Below, piece by piece: positions 57,596 through 64,000 of a stretch of 64,000 bases of DNA. Source of the stretch: an uncultured Planctomycetota bacterium (GTDB taxonomy: Bacteria; Planctomycetota; Planctomycetia; Gemmatales; Gemmataceae); NCBI GenBank assembly GCA_963849325.1, contig CAWKHF010000012.1, positions 1,312,001 to 1,376,000 on the forward strand, given 5' to 3'. Both the position numbers and the translations under genes were made by a program. The notes below the pieces were generated by a model, which saw nothing but the letters and a program-made list of their open reading frames with translations, ran no database searches and was not told where the DNA came from. Each line of letters starts with the position of its first letter. Position 1 is the first letter of the stretch.

Positions 57596-60500
57596 TCACA
57601 AGGAAATAATATCCAGGTCTCGATGCCATCCGTGGAGATAGCCCGCCACGGGGAAGGGGCGCAGGGTGGTCCCCGCCTCGATGAGCACGGCGGCGGGCAG
57701 CGGCCGCTCGCGCGGTGACAGGGTGGTGGCACTCGTCAGCCGGACGCATGCTTCCGCATCCGTGACCCGCGCGGTGACACCCGAAGCGTGCCCCGCCAGC
57801 AATATGCCCAGCGCCCCCGCGACGAGCGCGACCAACCGCCGCTGTCGAGGTGCGCCGCCGTCGCCGCCGAGGATCAGATCGACCGGCCCAGCCGGCGCGA
57901 GCGTCGCGGCCAGCGCCGCCGCGGCGCGTTCCGCCGTCACGTCTTCACGCTCATGAAGCAGCAGATGGACGCGATCGATGCCGAGGCTGAGGACTTCGCG
58001 CAGCGCCTGCCCGATACGCGGGGGGCCGAGGGCCGCGACCTCGATGCACACGCGCTCCGGGGCCGCATCGCGCAGCGCAGGGCGTTCTCCAGGGCGGCGC
58101 GATCGGCGGCGCCGAGCGTCCAGTACGATTCCAGCACATGCTCGCCATTTTCGGCCGAACTCGGCAACACGGCCGGCAGCGGCTCGACGACTACCAGCAC
58201 ACGCAAGGGGCGTTCAATGACGCTACCTGGCGGCGGCGTGGGACGTTCGGCCGGCGGCGTCCGCAGCAGGTCGGCAGCGCGGACGTGCGGAGCGTAATAG
58301 CCGCGGCGCAGGGCGGCCAGGTCTTCGTCGAAACGGCGCAGCCGGTCGCGGACTTCGGCGTGACCGTGAGCCAGCACGCGGCGGCCGAGATCCTGGCGAG
58401 CGGCGGGTTCATCGCGGTCCTCGGCCTGGCAGAGCCGGCTGAGCCAGGCCATCCGGCCGAGCGTGGCGTCAGCGGCCTTGAGCCAGGCCGTCGCCTCGGC
58501 CAGCGCAAAGCAACTCGCCTGCACGTCCGAGTTGCGCCCGAGCGCCGCGCCGAAGACCTGCCAGGCCGCCCTCAGCCGCGAGCGGACCTCCGCCTTGAGC
58601 GCTTCCAACTCCAGCACATCCCGCCCGAGGTGGCGCGCTCCCGTCTCCGCGCCGCCGGCCAGCCAGCGCGGCAGCACCTCGCCGGCCAGCGCCCGGAGGA
58701 TGACGCAACGCTCCCGCAGGGCGGCATCCGTCTGCCGAAGCTCGGCCAGAATCAGTCGCGCGCTGGCCGTTTCCAGGTCGAACGAATGGGACCGTCCATG
58801 AGCGCATCGGCCGATCGTCTCCAGCGCCAGCGCTTCCGCCAGATACAGGGCTTCCTCCCAACTCGAAATGCGCCAAGGATGATCTCGAATATCGTCTACG
58901 GCGCGCAACAGGTCCACCGGCACGGTTGAGGGAAGATCCGTCTTGCCCGTCGGCTCGGCGGATCGGCGGACGCCTTCCAGGGCTGTCTTGTTCTCGCCGG
59001 CCACCATGTCGGGAACGAGACGCGGTTGCAGCAGATCGATGGGGGCGAGAAGGAAGTCGCCGGAAGTGTAGGCGGTGGGAGCGGCGAGATAGTCGGCCAT
59101 CGTCCTCGGCGGCGGGCCAGACCCCGGCTCCACCAGCGGACGGTCGCTTTCTCGGATGGGCGGAGACAACTGGTCCTGCACGGCGATGGCGTACTCGTCC
59201 AGCCTCGTCGCCGCATAATCCAGCCAGACGCGCAGCAGCATCACGGCCAACTCGGCGTCGAGACCTGCTTCCAGCCGGTCGTGTGTCCGCAGCAGCAACA
59301 GCTTGCCGGCCAGCACGTGTACCGCTTGCCGGGCGAAGGCGGCGCCGACTTCCTCCTCGGCCGCCGGTTCGTGGCTCTGACTTCGCCAGTCGTTCGCCAG
59401 GACAGTCAGGCGGTCCTCGGCCTCCTGGATCTCCTGCGCGTTCGGCCAGGAGGGCGCGACGTTGCATCAGGATCGGCCAGTCGCCGGGGACATCGAGGAG
59501 TGCGTGCCTCTGCTCGTCATCCGCCAGCAGGGAGGCGTGCCGTCGATACACCTCATCCGCGGGACGCCGGCCGGGTGTGGCGCATCTGGTCCGCGTCCCG
59601 GAGGTCTGCGTGCAGTTCAGCGGTTCGCGCTTCCAGACCCTCGCGGACCTCGGATGCCAGCGTGGCGAGCAACTCGGCGCGGCTGCTCGCCTCCGCGGAT
59701 AGGGAAACGTCGTCCAGCGTTTCCAGCAAGTAACGCCGCGCCGCCACGTCGGCCAGCAGATGCTTGACGGCCGCGTCCTCCGCACGCGGCGCCAAAAAAC
59801 CATCCGAGCCCGCAGCGTCAGCGAGGGAATGCCCCTCGCTGACGCTGCGGGCTCCGAGGAAAACAGCTTTTTCGCTGGCTCCAAGCAAGCGACGCAGGCC
59901 GGTCAAGTGGTGCTGGCGCAGCAGGCGACCGTCGGCGGCAGCCCAGGCGAATCGACCGTCCCAGGTACGGCGTGTCCGCACCTCCGTTTTCGCCACCAGC
60001 GCCTCGGCTACTTCCAGTACCCTCAGCCGCCAGGGCGTACCCGCCGGTCCCGCCATCTGCTGACACGACTCCCGGACGAGCAGCGCCAATTGTTGTGCGT
60101 AGCGAGCCAGCATTTCCAGATGATCGCCGCGAGCACGTTCCACGGTGGCCGGCCCGTTCGCCAGGGTCTGATCGAACTCGTCCAGTTTGTGGTCGAGTTG
60201 ATCGAGAAGCCGGAAGACGTCAGCCCGCACCTCCGCGCCGGTGGAGTGTTCGAGACCTCCAATCCATGTCTGCCACGGATCGAGGCACCGCGGCGCGGCA
60301 GGGCGGACAAGGCCAGCGCGATCCTGTGCCTCCAGTAACCGCGTTACCACCGGTGAGAGGACGGCGGACAGCAGGGATGGTGACCCGCCGCGGCCCCAGT
60401 CTACAACCGGATTGGCCCGCCAGCACGCCTCGCATTGAATGCACCGATCGCCATGCACCGTCACCCGCACCGTTTCCGCCGGCCCTCCGCGCACCTCGTA

Positions 60501-62406
60501 TACGCCGGTCGGACAGACGTGACGCAGTTCGCGGACGGCTTCGGCCCGCTGTCGCGGCTGCGCGGACTTCCACACCACATGGATGAGCGGCCCTCTCTCT
60601 GGGGAAAGATCGGATGGATCCTCGTCGCCGCCACGATCCTCGACATCGACCGCCGGCATTTCCTCCACGCCCGCCCGTCGCCGGCGCACCAGGCGGAGCA
60701 GGCTCCCGCCGATGGCCCGTATCGTACTCGCTAGGACCGCCAGGGAGCCTAGCCCCGCGACGACGAGTAAATCGAGCAGATTGATCTGTCGCACCAGCAA
60801 CCCGAAAATAGCCGTCCATTTTGCTGACAATGGCATGTCATCGTTGCGGTAGAGAATGTGTCCCGCCGAGGCCAGCACCGGCCGGAGTCGTCCGAACCAC
60901 CGGCGCAGGAGAATGGGGGTTGCGCTCGCTGTTCCGTCGTCCTCGGACGAGTGGTAGTGGACGCGCAACTCGCCGCCCGGCGGCAGATGGGGCCGCGGTC
61001 GGCGGGCCAGGTCGCGGAAGGCGTTGAGCGCGCCGTCGAGCACCACGCGGGCCAGCGCCGGCCGCGGTGCTACCTCGCGGAAGTGGAGCGGCGCGGCCCG
61101 CGTGCCCGAGGTCGTTTTGCAACTCGGTCCACTGCCCCCAGCGGACACGCGCCAGCACGCGGAACCAGCCCAGCAGTTTCCGCGGCAGCCAGCGGCGCGG
61201 CCGAGTCCAGATGGCAGCCGAGTCCAGCAGTAGATCCAGTTCCTGGTCGAACAGAACGCGCGTCTTTTTGACGTAGCCGGGCCAGCGCTGCGAGAACTCC
61301 ATGTCCTTCCAGTAGCGCGTCTGTCGCAGCGGTCCCAGGTAGTGAACGCCGAGCGCATCGCGGAGGAAATCGCTGCCCTCGGCGCGGATGCGCGCCACCG
61401 CGCGGCTCAGCAACAGGCCCGTGGCCGTGGCCGATCCGGTCGAGTTCATCATCGGGAAATCGATGCCCAATCCCGCCGCCGCGCCGCCGACGGCCAGGCC
61501 ATCCTCGACGAGATAGGGAACGTCGCGCAAGCCGCCGGCGCGAATGAGCCGGGCCGTCCATGCGCCGCGCCGGCCATCGCGTCGCCACGGTCGCAACGCC
61601 GGCATGTCCGCGAACCATTCCAGCAGTTGCCGCGGCTCGCCAGCGAAGTGACGCCGCAGATGCTCGGCCGGCAGCACGACGCTCAGGGTGAGGCTCTGCC
61701 GGTTGGTGCAGACAAAGCCGCGCACGTTCAGCGGTCGCCGGCTGGGATTGCGCAGCAGCAAATCGTGAGCGACGCCCTGCTCCGGCCCGACGCGGAAACA
61801 TTCCTCGACGGCACCCGGCGGCAGGTCGATGACTTGTTGAAGACTGTAGAGGAACGCCGGCGTATGGCGCGGATCGCTGGAACGGTCGAGGCCTTCGCGG
61901 CTGACGAGATGGCCGGCGTCGCCCTCGGCGAGGAAGACGAGGTCGCCGTACAGGGGACCGCGCGACGTGGCCACGCCGATGACGCGCCGGCCATCGCGGA
62001 TCAGCCCCTCGACCGTCGTTTCCGCCAGCAGGGCGACGCCGTGCGTCCGCGCGATCTGGGCGAGGTGGTGATCGAAGAGAGGTCGAAGTACGGTGTAACC
62101 GTGGCGAAAAGCGTCGGGGTCGCGGTAGGTGCTGCCGACGAGACGGCGTCCATCCGTGACGAAGCTGCCGCGTTCGATCAGCCGGCGCTCCCAGGCAAGT
62201 GCCTCGACGCCTTCCGTCCCGAGGATTTCCGGATGGGCCAGGTTCTCGGCGAAGCAAACGCCGCCAAGTTCGTTCCCGCCGCCGGCCATTGGGGCGGCCT
62301 CGACGATGGCGACCGCGAAGCCGGCCCGAGACAGACCGATGGCCGCGGTCAACCCCGCACAGCCGGCCCCCACGACAACCACGTCGTACTGAGCGAAACT
62401 CATCAT
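57596..62406 (-). CDS. Probable single fusion: FixC-like FAD oxidoreductase + FixX-like ferredoxin + acyl-CoA-dehydrogenase-like helical region + ETF beta-like domain; frameshifts
   Basis: YDVVVVGAGCAG, ERRL, LAEGDAG, CPTGVY...CIQCEAC, DVQASCFALAE, DRAALENAL...AALGP...LREVLSLGIDRV...DLILGG. Confidence 0.65.
59806..59854. repeat. REP-like hairpin lying inside a coding frame
   Basis: GAGCCCGCAGCGTCAGCGAGGG-AATGC-CCCTCGCTGACGCTGCGGGCTC, translated as ARSVSEGHSLADAAGS. Confidence 0.85.
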
Positions 62407-62416
62407 CAGCCTCAAG

Positions 62417-62482
62417 GGCGAACGGCCGGCGTCAGCCGGCTGGTTGGAGCCGTAACCAGCCGGCTGACGCCGGCCGTTCGCC
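62417..62482. repeat. REP-like hairpin filling the intergenic gap
   Basis: GGCGAACGGCCGGCGTCAGCCGGCTGGTT...AACCAGCCGGCTGACGCCGGCCGTTCGCC. Confidence 0.88.
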
Positions 62483-64000
62483 TCAGACCAGTGCGGGTGC
62501 GGGCTGGGTAAACGGTTCGTTCGCCTCGGCACGGCGTCTCAGCTCCGGGCATGGATCGAAGCGGCGGCCGTGTCGCGCCGCCAGGGTCGTCAGTGCCTGG
62601 ACGACGTCGGCCAAGCCGCGATCGTCGGCGTAGCGCAGGGGGCCGCCTCGGTGCGGTGCCCAGCCGGTGCCCAGCACCATCGCCAGGTCGATCGCCGCGG
62701 CACCGGCGGCCAAACCCTCACTCAGGCCCAGGGCCGCCTCGTTGACCATCAAGAATACCATGCGTTCGCGGCCTTCGCTCAGCCGCGCCGCCGCCGGCAG
62801 GGCGGACGAGCTTTCACCGCGCAGCAGTTCCTGGACCCGCGAGTTGACCTTCGGTTTCTTGCCGCCGTGAAGGTAGAAGCCGCGGCCGTTCTTCTGGCCG
62901 AGCAAGCCGGCGGCGCGCATCTTCTCGAAAGCCGCGTTCGCCTCGAAGCGTCCGGCCAGCACCGGCCGCATCGACTCCGCCACGTGCGCCGCGATGTCCA
63001 GTCCGATTTGGTCGAGCAGTTCCAGCGGTCCCATCGGCATGCCGAACCGCTTCATGACGTGATCCACCTGCTCGACGGACAGTCCCTCGGAGATCAGCAC
63101 GACGGCCTCGTTGAGGTACGGCATGAGGATGCGGTTGACCACGAAGCCGGGGCTGTCGCGCACGACCACCGGCGTCTTGCCCAGGTTGATCGCCCATTGC
63201 GTCAGCGTGGCCAGGACCGGCTCACTGCTCGCCGGCGCACGGGCGACCTCGATCAGCGGCATCTTGTGGACCGGGTTGAAGAAGTGCATCCCGGCGACGC
63301 GCTCCGGGTGCGTCAGCCCTTCTTGCAGCCGCTCGACGGGCAGCGACGACGTATTCGTCGCCAGCACAGTCGTCGGCCGGGTGCGCGCCTCCAGCTCGCG
63401 GAAGACGGCTCGCTTGGCGTCGAGGTCTTCCAGGGTCGCCTCGACGACGACATCGACGTGGTCGAAGCCTTCCCATTTCAGCGTGCCCTGGATGGCGGCC
63501 AGGCGCTCGACCGACTCCGGCTCGGTCAGCAAGCGGCGCTCGACCGCCTTCCGGAACAGGCCGGTGATGCGCGCCAGGCCGGCGTCGAGTGCCGCCTGGC
63601 TGACTTCTTGCACGATTACCTTGCAGCCCTTGAACGCGGCCAGCTGGGCGATGCCCGCGCCCATGGTGCCGGCGCCGACGACGCCGACGCGGCGCACCTC
63701 CGCCGGCGTCGTACCGCGCAGCTCGTCGGGCAGCTTGCCGGCCTTCTCGGTCTGGAAGAACAGCGCGATCAGGTTGCGGCAGGCGGTGCTGACGGCAAGA
63801 CGCCCGGCCGCGCCGCGCTCGTACTCCAGTCCGGCGGTCATGCCCTCCTGGATGCCGACTCGGATCGCCTCCAGTGCCTCAAACGGCGCCGGCATGTCAT
63901 CCCAGACGCGCCGCCGCATCAGGCGCTCGGTGGCCCGGAAAAGAATGCGCCGCCCGATTGGATTCGATTCGAGCACGCGCTGCCGCCACGTCCGCAGGGG
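62483..64000 (-). CDS. Fatty-acid oxidation multifunctional enzyme alpha subunit (FadJ/FadB-like), 5' end outside the window
   Basis: VGVVGAGTMGAGIA, VEATLEDL..K, ATNTSSL, GMHFFNPV, PGFVVNR, GMPMGP, GGPL. Confidence 0.9.
   Translation of the reverse strand, partial: PLRTWRQRVLESNPIGRRILFRATERLMRRRVWDDMPAPFEALEAIRVGIQEGMTAGLEYERGAAGRLAVSTACRNLIALFFQTEKAGKLPDELRGTTPAEVRRVGVVGAGTMGAGIAQLAAFKGCKVIVQEVSQAALDAGLARITGLFRKAVERRLLTEPESVERLAAIQGTLKWEGFDHVDVVVEATLEDLDAKRAVFRELEARTRPTTVLATNTSSLPVERLQEGLTHPERVAGMHFFNPVHKMPLIEVARAPASSEPVLATLTQWAINLGKTPVVVRDSPGFVVNRILMPYLNEAVVLISEGLSVEQVDHVMKRFGMPMGPLELLDQIGLDIAAHVAESMRPVLAGRFEANAAFEKMRAAGLLGQKNGRGFYLHGGKKPKVNSRVQELLRGESSSALPAAARLSEGRERMVFLMVNEAALGLSEGLAAGAAAIDLAMVLGTGWAPHRGGPLRYADDRGLADVVQALTTLAARHGRRFDPCPELRRRAEANEPFTQPAPALV

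Overview
GC-rich chromosomal window, very probably from a planctomycete of the Gemmataceae type. The markers are TIGR02996-LRR proteins, a DUF1559 prepilin-like protein, a YTV-like Cys-rich protein, futalosine genes mqnA/mqnC and many REP-like hairpins. Many genes, including essential rpoD, dnaG, metG and gpsA, carry single-base indels that look like long-read consensus errors, so split ORFs were joined by eye. The housekeeping backbone is dnaG-rpoD-zinc-ribbon, metG, queC, gpsA, mqnA-mqnC, a fadJ-like gene and several hydrolases. The most striking item is a ~3.5 kb gene (15783-19343, minus strand) fusing HEAT repeats, a ClpA-like double AAA+ ring with a ClpP-docking-type VGF loop, and a release-factor-2-like module that lacks GGQ and SPF; it is a candidate ribosome-associated unfoldase or quality-control factor. 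Other notable items: (i) an Rpn-family nuclease with an intragenic RBS and a tandem stand-alone copy of its 71-aa C-terminus (RpnS antitoxin-like); (ii) a secreted Cys-rich protein with two length-matched 6x32-aa arrays; (iii) two insertions (selD; a Gly-rich gene plus an ISKra4-like IS), each bracketed by a duplicated host-gene 3' end; (iv) a 1-kb doubly truncated SWIM-DDE transposon fragment splitting a hairpin; (v) a FixC-FixX-ACAD-like-EtfB fusion with an in-frame palindrome; (vi) a lower-GC R-M-like pair. No rRNA, tRNA or CRISPR array was seen. All family assignments come from motif recognition, not database searches.
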